From assembly GCA_000934665.2 (NCBI GenBank), contig KZ538080.1, forward strand, positions 1-64,000: a DNA stretch of 64,000 nt. The letters are read 5' to 3'. A program made the translations under genes and the position numbers. This document shows positions 12,301 to 24,566 of the stretch, in pieces. Numbering within the stretch: position 1 is the first letter of the stretch; the number at the start of each line of letters is the position of its first letter. The notes below the pieces were generated by a model. That model saw only the letters and a program-made list of their open reading frames with translations. It did not search any database and was not told where the DNA came from. This stretch comes from Catajapyx aquilonaris (lineage: Eukaryota).

Positions 12301-15227
12301 TGATTCAAAACTGAAGCTCATGCAATGGCATCAGAACTTTAATGTTGGATCTATACGTTGCATTGGATTTCACAAACGGGCCAAGAGACCACCAGGTAAT
12401 TGTCGAATTGCATGTAGTACATTTAATAATCGAATATAGGAAAGTAGCAGTTGTGTAAGAATGTGAACTCTTTTCATTACTCTTTGCCTATAGGATTCCA
12501 GCTGGATGCTAGTGATTCATCGGCCTCAACTGACACGGACAGCAGTAGCAATATTGACAAGCAATCACTGAGTAACGCAAGTGTTCAGCGCCAGGAGTCA
12601 TCTTATCAAAAGAAAAAGAAGCCGCAGACTTTGACCAAGTCCAAGAGCAGCAAGGTGGATATAATGCGCAGTTTTGTTGGGATTACTCGCAAGGAAAAGA
12701 AACAGTTTCCATCAGACCTGTCCCTTCAGAGAAACCCGTTCTATGTCACGGACTTTATTGTTGGTAAGTCTGACTATGTTATACTGTGTCTGTATTTTCA
12801 TTTTGTTACATGTTAAGCTGAACCCACAAAATGTGACAAAGAATGCCTCGTACTCTTCTTATGCATCGATTTCAGGTACGATGGATGCTACCTACTGTTA
12901 CATCCAATTTCTCGAAGGATCTGCAAAGGTGATCATGACAGGATCTCCCCAGGATGTTGTGGCAGTAGACTGTCACCCACTCAAGTATGCATTAAATACA
13001 GTGAATATTGCCTGCTCTACTGTCATCCTGTTTCGTAGAGTATAAAACAATATCAGGAGTGATTGTGGTACCCTGCTTGATGGTGCCCCTGACTTTGCTC
13101 AAACCCCCATCAAGTGGTCAGGAATGTCGCACTATCTTAATAAGTTTCCACTGGGATCTTCTAGGAGCTACTTGTGTTTGGGCAGCACGACAGGCCAAAT
13201 GCTACTCTACAACTATGAACTGAAGCAGATAGTGGCTCGCAAACAGCTGTCGATTGGGAAACAAGAGGCTCGGCCAGCAAGTGTACCCCAAAGCCCTGGA
13301 AGGAAGCAGCCCACAAAGGAGCCAGAGAACATCCAATGTATAGCCTACTCACCAGTGGGTTCAGAACTGGCTGTTGGGACTGAGAAAGGGAATGTGTGGA
13401 TTCTGAAAGCTTTTGACCTCGCCTCACCTATGGAGCAGCCCTTCCACCTTTCAAGGGCAGCTGTGGTGCAGTGCTGCTTCTCACATGATAACAAATACCT
13501 GGCCACCAGGGCAAGTAACAATTTGTCTGTTTGGCACACTATGTTCATACAGAATGATGTGAAGAGTGTTCTCATTCACGTGTCAATTGTTGGATTTTTC
13601 CCATGCAGGATGTGGACCGATGTGTGTGTGTATTCATCTTTAATGGAAATGATGGCACCTGGAGTGCCATAGGTAAATTCAGGTCACACTATCGAGACTG
13701 TGTTGATATCATGTTTGGACAGTTCCCTGAAACTGGTAAGCCTCGTCTGCTTTCACTGGGGCAAGACCGGAAACTCATACAGTATGACCTGGAAAATAGC
13801 ACTGAGGGTGACCTGCGCATCTCATATGCAGACAGTGTGGAGCAAAGTGCCCTCCCCCTCTGCATGGCCTGGTACCCCAAGTTCACCTCGGTATGCTTCT
13901 CCTTATATCCTATAATTATGCTGCAGTGTATGTGCTTCAGGGTGGTCATATTATGGGTAGAATTAGCTGACTTTTTGTTAACTGTGGGACTTCTAATAAT
14001 TCTCAAATCTACCTCCAATGTCCAACCTTCCAGGAATCATTCATTGTGATGGCCAACGACCAACATAAGATAAAGCTGTACAACGCATTGACGCGGATGA
14101 CTCGCAAGACCACCCTGGGTCCCCTCCTAGGCCACCCCATACATAAGATGATTGTCCTACCTCCCGTCAAAGAACTTGAGAAGATCAGAGGCTACATGCT
14201 GTACGTGCTTCACAATAAGATTGGCCTGCAGATCCTGCCAGTGGATGGCAACCCATTCAACACGGTGGCCTTCCAATCGCACACGGATGCCATTGCTACT
14301 GTGTGTTTGGCTCATGATGGGAATCACATCTTCAGCTGCTGTGGACCTGAGAAATCAGTGTTCTTCTGGGAAATTAATACCAAGTATGGAAATTTTTTTG
14401 GAGAAGTTTAACCGTAAAGTTGTGTCATATTTCTTCTGTTACACAGATCAGTCGAGGCGTCCTCCAGACTTGGTGGCAGAGGCATCCTCCCCTTCTACAG
14501 CCTCATTCCTGGTGGGCGCCATGGGGACTTCTTCCATGAACTTCTGCAGTACTTCCACTACTCTCAGATTCTGGGCCAAGGGAAGGATCAGAAGTCCCCT
14601 TTCCGTATAAATGACACCATACCTCTCCAGGACATTCCTCATGTGCTGCGAGCCGTTGGATTTTACCCGACTGACTATGAGGTTGAAAACATCTTCAATG
14701 AACTGCAGTACTGCGAGTACTTGGAGACATCCAGGCTGGTGCGAAATTTGGATGTGGAGGACTTCTTGCGCATATACATCAACCATCGACCAGCATTCGG
14801 ACTATGTGTGGATGATGTCAAAGAAAAGTTTGAACTGTTGTGTAGTCAGGATAAAACAGTCAAGAAAAAGGGGATTGATAAGTATGAACTTCTGAAGCTC
14901 CTTCAGGAGAGGGGTGAATGCATGTCCAAACAGAAATTGATCGAGTGCTTGGAATCACTCTTGACGCTGGGCCTTGGGGACACTGAGAGAGGCAAGGGGA
15001 CCCCTGCACCTCCAACCAAGTCTACAAATGACCCATCCAACGAAATTTTCCTCGCTGAGAAGATTAAGAAATTGTCTGCTGTGACCTTACCCAATTTTAT
15101 CACATATAAGTTTTTTATAGAGGAGCTGCTGGGGTTCCACTTTGAAAAGGATGATGAAGATGAGACCTCCATTGATGATACAGCTAGTGGCAGCTCCCTA
15201 ACATCTGATGCTTGTGCATCAATCTGA
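9331..15227 (+). CDS. CFAP251: Cilia- and flagella-associated protein 251 (WDR66). Exons 9331-9840, 9894-10220, 10299-10382, 10448-10552, 10787-10933, 11122-11225, 11296-11450, 11572-11983, 12259-12395, 12494-12763, 12876-12984, 13165-13510, 13609-13890, 14034-14383, 14447-15227
   Basis: Acidic N-terminus, WD40 region (SLKWVYGFN...MLQGH; GLQILPVDGNPF) and C-terminal EF-hand-like region (LGGRGILPFYSLIPGGR...YSQI; LRAVGFYPTDYEVENI; IYINHRPAFG). The exons join in frame; one intron is GC-AG. AATAAA at ~15332. Confidence 0.92.
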
Positions 15228-17158
15228 GCCTTGTTGCTTATCATGTTAGAGGTTTACAAACATACACTACGTGCATTTATATTGTATTTATCATTTAGTC
15301 TCGGTAATGTCCTCCTGCCATCAAAATAGTCAATAAACTCTGCTTGATACAGTTTTAATTACTAGTGATTTTACGTAAAAGTGCATGCAATTATGTAACC
15401 ACAGTTTTTCTTGTTTCTGGATGCATATTATTGCTCTCACTACCAAGTTGTGGATTAGAATATCCGAATGATTGTGCAACTACAAGTTTCTTGTGCAGTA
15501 TAGTAACCTGTTGAGTGCACATTATGTAACTTTGCATTCCCCATTAACTGGAAAAGGTCATTTTTATACTACCCAGTATATTATGACTATTTTTTACTTG
15601 ATTGGCGTTTCATACCATGTCATTTCCTAATAGGTTACGCAAAGTGGACGGGCGTGATCATCATTTGGCTGTTCGCAACTGAAGCAACGTGATCGAATCT
15701 TATGCAAACAACAGGCCTATAGTAATGTCCTGTTGTCATATACAGTAATTGTACATCTTTGTCAGTGATTAGTGAGAAACCGTTTAGGACAAGTCAATGG
15801 CTGGTGCACTGAAACCGAGTGAAACTATTCTGTAAAAGACATTTGATGTGTTGGTCTTTCAGACAAAATGTACTGAATAGGTTTCTGCAGGTTGCATGTG
15901 ACAATAAACGTAACTGAACATTCAATAGCCACAAAAGAAATGTTTAAAATATCTAGTCGTAAAATATAAAGTCTTATCGTCCGCCTCGCTCCTGACCGTA
16001 AAACACAACAGTAACTGTTATATGGTCATGAACTGTTCATGTTTACAATGAGACAAAGAATGTAAACCGACACTGACCAATTCGCAGAATCTCAAAACAT
16101 TCAAGTGTACCACACGTGTCGTCTTCCCTTGCCTAAGTCCACAAAACTGACGACCTAATTTGTGCATCCATCAAAATGGGACCAGGTCAAATCAACAGGT
16201 TGTCTAGAATCAGAAGGAGTCATTCCATCCATGGTTTGTATGCCTCCTGGCCCAAGCTCATTATACAGGACCATCGAATGTCCCAATTTGAAAACTTGTA
16301 GACATATATCTTAATGATTTAAGTTTTGAAATGCTCCAAAAATGTCTCAAATTTTGGTCTTACCAAAATTTGTTCTGCCCGAGAAATTTAAATACGGTAC
16401 GGTAATCGGTGTCATGCCAAACCTGCTCACTGCTCAGTCATGTCTGGCGTTACCGTTGCAATCTTATCCCGTAGGTGCTGGTGATGCAGGATCTTTTCAC
16501 CACACATGTGTCTCCGGGACAGATCTGGGCTAGTCATGGCGAAACTTCTCATTAGAGACTTCGCACACTGGGAGGCTGAACAAATGAAACTTTCCTACAG
16601 CAGCTACAGGTTTGTTTTATGGATGCGGCGACTTTGGATGTGAATCATCAAGAACAATGTGTGGAGTAAAGACCCGAGTTATCTATTACCTACTACTCCA
16701 GATATGATTGATAGGGTTTGGCACAACACTTATTGACAATTTTTTAATCTGCCAAGCGACACATTGAGCTCATATCGAAACAAACTAAGGTGAGGTCAAA
16801 ACTTCAACCTTTCTTATAGCGTTTCAAAACTTAAATCATTCAGATGTCTACAAGTATGGTTTTCAAATTGGGATATTCTTTTTCGATGATCATGTATTAA
16901 AAAGTGTTAAATTGATTACAAAATCAGAAGCATCATGTTTTAGTATTTGAGTTAGCGCAATATTGCAATAACAGCTTCTTATTTGAGAATGCTTTATAAT
17001 TGATCATTTCCATGGATATATTTTTACAAGTTGCGAAATTACAGGATTCATCGCATGTTGAGCAATCGTGCATATATCTGCTCATCTGAAATCTCTCGTG
17101 TTCAACTTTTTCCTGCATATGTTGGCGTATATAGTTCACCAAGAGGGAGGGTACCGTC

Positions 17159-17210
17159 TATATATAAAAAGGTGCAGTGAAATACAGGTGTGGCTTCCGT
17201 ACCAGTGCAC
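17159..17210 (+). promoter_or_regulatory. TATA box and Inr-like site of SEC14-like gene 1
   Basis: TATATATAAAAA at 17159-17170 and CCAGT at ~17202, followed by a 5'UTR intron (CAG|GTATGA ~17241 to TTGCAG ~17328) before the ATG at 17354. Confidence 0.55.
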
Positions 17211-17353
17211 ACGAACTACATCATTCCCCAGATCGCTGCAGGTATGATTAGATGCTATTTGCATATGCGCATCCGCATAGTGCGATTTTTATCACTTCAA
17301 AAAACCATTAACAATGCCTTTCTTGCAGGCTGAGTATAACATCCGAAAATATC

Positions 17354-19015
17354 ATGGCGACAAGTTTGCAGCAATTAAACGCTGCACAGCGAAAGGCGTA
17401 CGACGAAGTAAGTAGTTTTTATAACACTCATAAAACAATAGTGACCCGTTATTATTAGTTTTTAGATATGGCTGGAGATATTATCAAGCCAACTCATAAA
17501 GAACACCACCTGCTTCCCTGGCTCAATGGTATGTGTAACTAACATAATTTTGTGCTCCACACTAACTATGCTGTTATATCAACAGACACTAAATTTGATG
17601 CTAAGAAATCAGTCAAAATATTTAGAGAGGTAAGTACGAGTCACACTTGTTGTAAGCCTTCACTTAATAATATTCTTGCAGTGTATGCAATGGAGAGAGA
17701 AACATGGTATCGACAACATCATAGAAGAAAGGAAGAGAGGTGCTCCCAAGTTTTACATGGAACGATTTGATGGGAAGGGAATGGTTGGATTTGACAAGGA
17801 AGGATGTCCAGGCATGTATTGCGATCATTTTTTTGAGGAATAAAACACTGAAATAATTATCTTGCAGTTTGGATATTGCCTGCTGGAAGATGGGATTTGA
17901 AAGGATTGTTTTTGGCGACACATTTAGAAGATGTGGTCTTGGAGTTTGTGAGTATTTGGGAACGTAGTCGTGTAGAAGAGGAGAAGCAAACGAGTAAGGT
18001 TGGTCACCCAGTGACCAGGAAAACCGTGATTGTGGATTGCCAGAATATGGATTACACTGTAGCAGCTTGGAAAACAAGTAAGTGATTCCTATAAAACTGA
18101 TGTAGCCTGAATATTACATATCATTGTATGCAGCGTGGAAAGCGGCATCCAAATGTTTCCACATTGTTGGACAATACTACCCAGGATCTCTCAAGACCTT
18201 CTTTGTTATTAACGGTGAGTACGTCCATTAGATCTGGGCTTGAATTACCAACTGTGCCATGTTCACAGCACCACCATTCGTACCACCTCTGTACTCTGCT
18301 ATGAAACACATGCTGCACGACGTAGCCAGAAAAACTATCAAGATATACAGCAAAAATAGATCAGAATGGGTACCAGCACTATTGGAAGAAATAGATCCAA
18401 CCCAGCTGCCACAACACTGGGGAGGAACATGTGTAGATCCCGATGGAGACCCAATGTGTCCATCCAAGGTCCATTGTTTAATTAATTAAATTAAATTAAA
18501 TCCTTAATGTTGCTATACATTGCAGATCACTATTGAGTGCAAAGTTCCAAAGACAATGTACATGAAGAGCGTGTCTGAACTGGGCATAAAGGGCATGAAG
18601 ACGGTTTTTGTCGACAGTGGTTCTACCTACCAGGTGGATATGGAAGTGAAGAAAGATGGATCCAAACTGAGGTATATTAGTGTGAATAGTCTGTGACACT
18701 GGTTTTTAATAACAATTTTCAGGTGGACTATTTATACGGATGCGACTCGGTTGTGTGTCAAGATTCATCGTCGAGTAGCAGACGGATTGCGTGAAGTTGA
18801 TGGTTTTGAACTGAAAGAATGTTACTTTACTGTCACTGAAGGAGAGACAATGACGTTGGGTGCTGGGAAATGTAGGTATAACAGTAGAGGTCGTGACATA
18901 TAACTGTATCAATTATTTTATTGCAGATGTGATGACATTTGATAACAGTAACTTCAAACTGAGAGGAAGAACAGTGTCGTATTTGTTTGTGGAAGTTCAT
19001 ACAGTTGATATGTGA
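17354..19015 (+). CDS. SEC14-like (SEC14L2-type CRAL-TRIO + GOLD) lipid-binding protein, paralog 1; ~10 coding exons
   Basis: MATSLQQLNAAQRKAYDE / KFDAKKSVKIFRECMQWREKHGIDNI / GFDKEGCPVWILPAGRWDLKG / QYYPGSLKTFFVINAP / LLEEIDPTQLPQHWGGTCVDPDGDPMCPSK / FDNS. Spliced frame intact. Confidence 0.9.
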
Positions 19016-19099
19016 TCATGTAATTAAACACTGTGTAATTTTTGAAGTGTATTTAGGTGCGTGTAATTGAATAAAAACATTCTGAAAAACGGCTGTGCT

Positions 19100-19329
19100 G
19101 ATTCTTATTAGGCCTACATTTTATTTCTTATGGCCCATAAGATGTGCCAAATGTGGTAAATATCCAAAGATGTAGTAGGGTCATGTGCAGTCCCCCAGGA
19201 GGCTATAGGTTGCCAAGACGTCTCCTAGGCCCACTGACGCAGGCGAAAGGGAAATCCCGGGCGGGGATCGAACCCGGGACCTTCCGCACAGCAAGCCGAG
19301 ACATTACCATCTCGGCCACACGCCTCCCC
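19100..19329 (-). mobile_element. tRNA-derived SINE
   Basis: Minus-strand head GGGAGGCGTGTGGCCGAGATGG (A box) ... GGTTCGATCCC (B box), followed by a non-tRNA body and an AT-rich tail. The 3' boundary is approximate. Confidence 0.75.
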
Positions 19330-20820
19330 GAAATTAACATTTAAGTGTCGTGATAAGTAACCTTCACTCTACATCGCACGATATTAAATTCATCCATAAT
19401 TTTCTAGAGAGAAATCACCTTGAAATATGAATTTTTTGATTTAAAAAAAAAAGATGTTACAGAGAGCCTTAGGTAACCGTCCATTGCACATCGATGGCCA
19501 TGATTATGCGCTTTTTTTTACTAAATAAATATGTTATTTCCCAATATCTGATAAAAGTGGTTGGTGTTTTACTGAGCCTTTTCCCCTAGATTTATTGCAA
19601 CTATGATACCCACGTGTGCATATGGTGATCATATACATTTTTTTTTTCGTTCAACGGCTGATCATAAGCAATAAATCCTTGCTCCAGGCGTACCATACCG
19701 AAGGTTACCTATAATTATGTAATAGCATTACAGGGCAGACTAGTTAGTACTTTTTAAAATCTATACATTTGACTTCAAAAAGTCAAACTTGTTGGTACTC
19801 TACCACATTCCATCCAAGCAGTATCAACGAGGTTATTACATTGGTATCCTGCAGTATTTTCGTCGCTCAAATTCAGAATACTCAAGTCAGCACTGAGGTA
19901 CAGTAAATCTATCAGTAGAACTCTTGGCATGATTACCCATCCATATAAAGGTGGAAGTGTGTCTTATCAGCCGAGCATGTGAAGAGAAATTAATGGGGAG
20001 AGAAACTGAAGTTCTTGGCGTGTTATGGTGGGATTGTTACAACATTGTCTAATTAGTAATTACTGTGCAGTATGGGCCAATGCCAAGTAACATCAACTGT
20101 AGGCGTCCAAAAAATTTCACTAGACGCTCGAATTTTCTGCATAAATTTGATTTAATAATACCGGAAGTGGATATGAGTAGGAATAATTTCATGTTACTTG
20201 GGCAAGGGTGTTAAGTGGCTAATTAAAATCTTAGAGATTATTAATCCATTGTTTTCGTGCAACATTCAGCCAGCCAACCGTCCCATAGAACTTTTCCTCT
20301 GGGATATTTCCGGTATTATTTCCGGCAGGTCTAATAAAGGTCATGTGAAATCTAGGTAGGGCATTTGCCACTAGAGGTACAGTACATGGAAAGCAGTGTA
20401 GGCTTCTGGATTACACAGTGTTTACCAATCTCCAAAACCTGCAGCATTCTCAGGTACGTAAGGCATTACTGTTGAATATTAATATTGTTTCCACACATTT
20501 CAGTTGCATATGCACATGACGATAGGTAGTGCAATGCATAAGTATGTCGAAAGTGTACCTTGCACAATTCTTGCTGATAACAATCGATATGGCATACCAA
20601 CTGTTCAGCTGCATCACACAGTCTAATAATGGTACAATAAAATTACGCTAATTGACGATGCACTTGTGCATGTGGCACGTAAACCATAAATAATATAATT
20701 AGGTTGAATTTTTCCGTGTATTTTGTCTTATTTCAATTGGCTGAAAAATGTTCAGGGGAAAGGTAAAATAATTTCAGCAAAGTGACTATTTTCTTACAGT
20801 CTTAACGTCAAAATAAGACT

Positions 20821-20874
20821 ATGGCAACATGTCTGCAACAGTTGGATGCTTCGCAGAGGAAAGTGTATGATAAG
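20821..20874 (+). CDS. Orphan or alternative first coding exon of the SEC14-like family (MATCLQQLDASQRKVYDK)
   Basis: 54-nt ATG-initiated exon homologous to exon 1 of all three paralogs. It has the same phase-0 donor (AAG|GTATGT) and an upstream acceptor TTCTTACAG at ~20799. No exon 2 of its own was found. Confidence 0.75.
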
Positions 20875-21215
20875 GTATGTCACTATTTCTAAACCATTTA
20901 TGACCGAAAATATATCATCCAATGGCACGCGAGACATTTAGTCAGACGGAATATCTCTTCGGAGAATACAGCAAGTGCCATTTCGCAATATCTCGCGGAT
21001 ATGTCGTTATCATAATAGTTTTTTGCCCTCTCTATAGACTTGACAATATTATGTCATCAGTGGTGGTAAATAGGGTACGACAACAAGAAGGGTGACCTTC
21101 AGAGGCTAAAACAATGTAAGCGTATTTGCAAGTGCCCTTGGAACTACGTAACTTATTTGAATTCAACATAGGTCACTAGGTCACATGCAACAGTTTTTTA
21201 AGTCTTATGTTAAGA

Positions 21216-21524
21216 CTAGCTGCGGCACCCGGCGTTGCCCGGGAAGAAATGAATGAAGGGAAAACACCTGCCAGTACCCCCGTCAACTGTCTGTCTTTCT
21301 GTGTGTCCGCCCACCAATGCCATCTGTGGTCCTACTACTCCAACACCTTTAACCTCTCCCGCCTGTATAACGGCAACCGTCATTTGCCTGCCATCTGTAG
21401 TCAACCCCCAACATCTCCATCCTCTCCCGGCCTGGGGGTGGAGCACAGATGGCAGGCAAATGACGGTTGGCAGGCGGACAGACAGACAGAGAGACAGACT
21501 GACAAACTGCTTTATTTATATAGA
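21216..21524 (-). mobile_element. Complete non-autonomous Helitron (~309 bp)
   Basis: On the minus strand: A|TCTATATAAATAAAG..., a (TCTG)n-type microsatellite, subterminal hairpin CCCGGGCAACGCCGGG and terminus CTAG|T. Inserted between A and T with no TSD. Confidence 0.85.
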
Positions 21525-21808
21525 TGACCCTTGCGCCAGCTTACATCAGTAATAGTGTTGCATCGTCTATTTGTACCAATGTGATCATTATGAAATTGCA
21601 GGTACATTTCAACAATTCAATTTAAGCAATAAACATACAAGAACATGGCAGTGTTTACGTCACACAAGCAGCATTTTGTAATGTCAACAATCGTTGTGCT
21701 TATCCTGTTATCTTCTTATCTTCAAATTTCGCACCTGATCACAGGATAGCAAAGGGAATTTCGTAGTTTTTGTTCAAGCTTCAGTGTAGTGTCTGTGTTT
21801 TTAAAAAA

Positions 21809-23486
21809 ATGGCATTAGAATTACAGCAATTGAACGCTTCGCAGCTGAAATCTTATAATGAGGTACCAAGATATGTGGCAATTATTGCTAGAAAAACTAA
21901 TCTCACTTCCTTATTACTGTAGTTCATAGAATTAGCTGGAGATGCCATCAAACCAACTCACAAGGAACATGACCTTATCCCATGGCTGACTGGTACGTTA
22001 ATGTCCTCTCATATTTTATATATTCATGACACAATGTTGCCTTCGCAGAATCCAAGTTTGATGCTAAGAAAGCAGTCAAAATGTTCAAAGAGGTAAGATT
22101 TTAAACTTGTGACAAAAGCTTGTAAGTGAATTGTTGTCTTTCAGTGTATGGAATGGAGAGACAAGCACGGAATAGAGGGCATGCTAGAAATGTGGTCACG
22201 AACAGTGCCTAATTTTCTGTGGGAAATTATTGGGAAGAAAGGACTGATTGGATTCGACAAAGAAGGCTGTCCAGGCATGTCCTCAACAATATAATTTGGT
22301 ACTTTTGCAAGTTAACAAGTGAATATTTTTTTTTCAGTCTGGTTGTTCCCTCTTGGAAGATGGGACTTCAAAGGACTGCTTTTATCTGTATATCAAGAGG
22401 ACATTGCGTTACAAGCAGTGTACCTATTTGAACGTAGCCGTATGGAGGTGGAAAGACGGGCCAGTATTACCGGTAAAGTCGTGCCAAAAGTAACAATTAT
22501 AATTGACCTGGAACACATTGATTATTCTGTAGCTGCTTGGAAAACCAGTAAGTTACTTTGAGTACATCAAATTTTCATAATTGTAATAATTGTGTGATAT
22601 GTAGCATGGGCGGCAGCAACGAGAGTTTTCCACATTGTTGGACACTATTACCCGGATTCTATCAAAACTATGTATGGTATTAATGGTAGGTTATTGAACA
22701 TACTGATTATGTTTGAGAATCGAGCTTGAATATAACATTTTTTCAGCGCCATCATTTTTTCCTCCGCTTTACTCTGTTGCGAAGCATTTCTTTCACGACA
22801 TAGCAAAAAGGACAATTCAACTGTATGACAAAAATAGATCCAAGTGGGTACCAGCACTATTGGAAGAAATAGATGCCAATGTGTTGCCACAATACTGGGG
22901 AGGAACATGCGTAGACCCAGATGGAGACCCAATGTGTCCATCCAAGGTTAATTTGCTTTATTTATTTATTTTACTTTAATGTTTAATACTGTATACATTG
23001 CAGGTCACCACAACGTGTGAAGTCCCAAAGGAAATGTACATGAAGAGCTTGTCTGATCTAGGGATAAAAGGCATGAAGACAGTTTCGGTCGACAATGGTG
23101 CCGCCTACCAGGTGAATGTGGAAGTGACGAAAGATGGAGCCAAACTAAGGTGATTGGTTGCTTCCTTATTTAGGCTCGTATTTATGTGAGTTTAAATGAT
23201 TCGTGGCAGATGGAGGATTTTTTCGGATGCGACTGAACTTCCTGTCAAGATACATCGTAAGGAAGCTGAAGTATTGAGGGAAATCGACAGTTTTCAGCTG
23301 AAGGATTGCTACTTCACTCTCATGGAAGGTGAAACCACTCACTTGAAAGCTGGAAATTGTAAGTTGAAATGCAAGATTAACAACAGTGTGTTTATAACCT
23401 ATTTGATTACAGACGTGGTGACCTTTGACAACAGTTATTTCAAGCTAAGAGTAAGAACAGTGTCGTATTCTGTTACGGAGGTGTAA
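21809..23486 (+). CDS. SEC14-like (CRAL-TRIO + GOLD) protein, paralog 2
   Basis: MALELQQLNASQLKSYNE / GFDKEGCPVWLFPLGRWDFKG / HYYPDSIK / LLEEIDANVLPQYWGGTCVDPDGDPMCPSK / FDNSYFKLR. Intron positions match paralog 1. Confidence 0.9.
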
Positions 23487-24566
23487 TTATTCAAATGGAA
23501 GCTGTATTATTAGGGGTTACTTTAACTGTTAAAAAGTACCTATAACGGAATAAATATGTATTTTTGTGAAATGGTATTAATCTTATTACCCCATCTCCCA
23601 TACGCATTGATATGGTATATTACAAATCGCTTTTACTATCAGCACACACTTATGACGCCTCTATTTGACCTTGCATGTTATTGCTATTTCACAATTTGTC
23701 CCCAAAAAATCACCACAAAATTATACATCATATCAGGTGCACATGTACCAGTAGCAATTAATACACTGGCCTTTTGCCAAATATATTGAGCAATTTTTCT
23801 TATACTATTATAAAAAAAGAGCTTAGATAAGAAAATATTATATTCGACCCATAATGCCGATTAAATATTTTAAAACTTCGCTTAACTCTGGATTTGTCTG
23901 TTGCAACTCGGATTCTTCTGATTTTGATGCAAATTCCTGGTAGGCCTATTGTTGTAAACATGTGCTGTCCAAAAAAAATGCCACTAGTTTCATCCAGCTT
24001 CATTGTACTTGAAACATATATGCCTTCCATCTACGTTATCACTAGCAATATATACGCCATGGCATCAAAGGGTAGGCCCTTTGAACCTTAAAGGTCATGT
24101 CGAAAGGCATTCGGGGAAGGACAGAGTCGAGTCCAATAGCACTCAGACATCCGGAATACCACACGTGCATTAAGCTTCCTGCAGGTCAGTACAGATATTC
24201 ACTAAAAAAATTTAAGCGTACCACAAATCCATACATGTGAATTTTCTGATGGGCAAGCCTATAAAATATCTCACAATGAATGTTGAAATTTTTTTTTAAA
24301 CTAATTCTACTTTTAGTCAATTTTAAACTTGCCCCACTAACATATTGTTCATTAGTTGTCATCCATAAATGTAATGCATATATCACTTTGTTGCTATAAT
24401 AATATTATCATAGTGTTACATAACTGTTATCGTCTACGTTTCTAGCATGTAAACCTGTTTATCAATGAAACAGTGTAAAGCTCATGTCTTTGAATCCTTT
24501 CAACTATCATAATTATATGTGCTGCTTGTTTACAGACCATAGAGGCCAAATTCCGATTGCAGAGAA

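Noticed and set aside
19250..19329. Possible tRNA gene (same question for 38235-38310)
   Set aside because: A and B boxes are present, but there is no convincing cloverleaf or terminator and the sequence continues into a SINE-like body.
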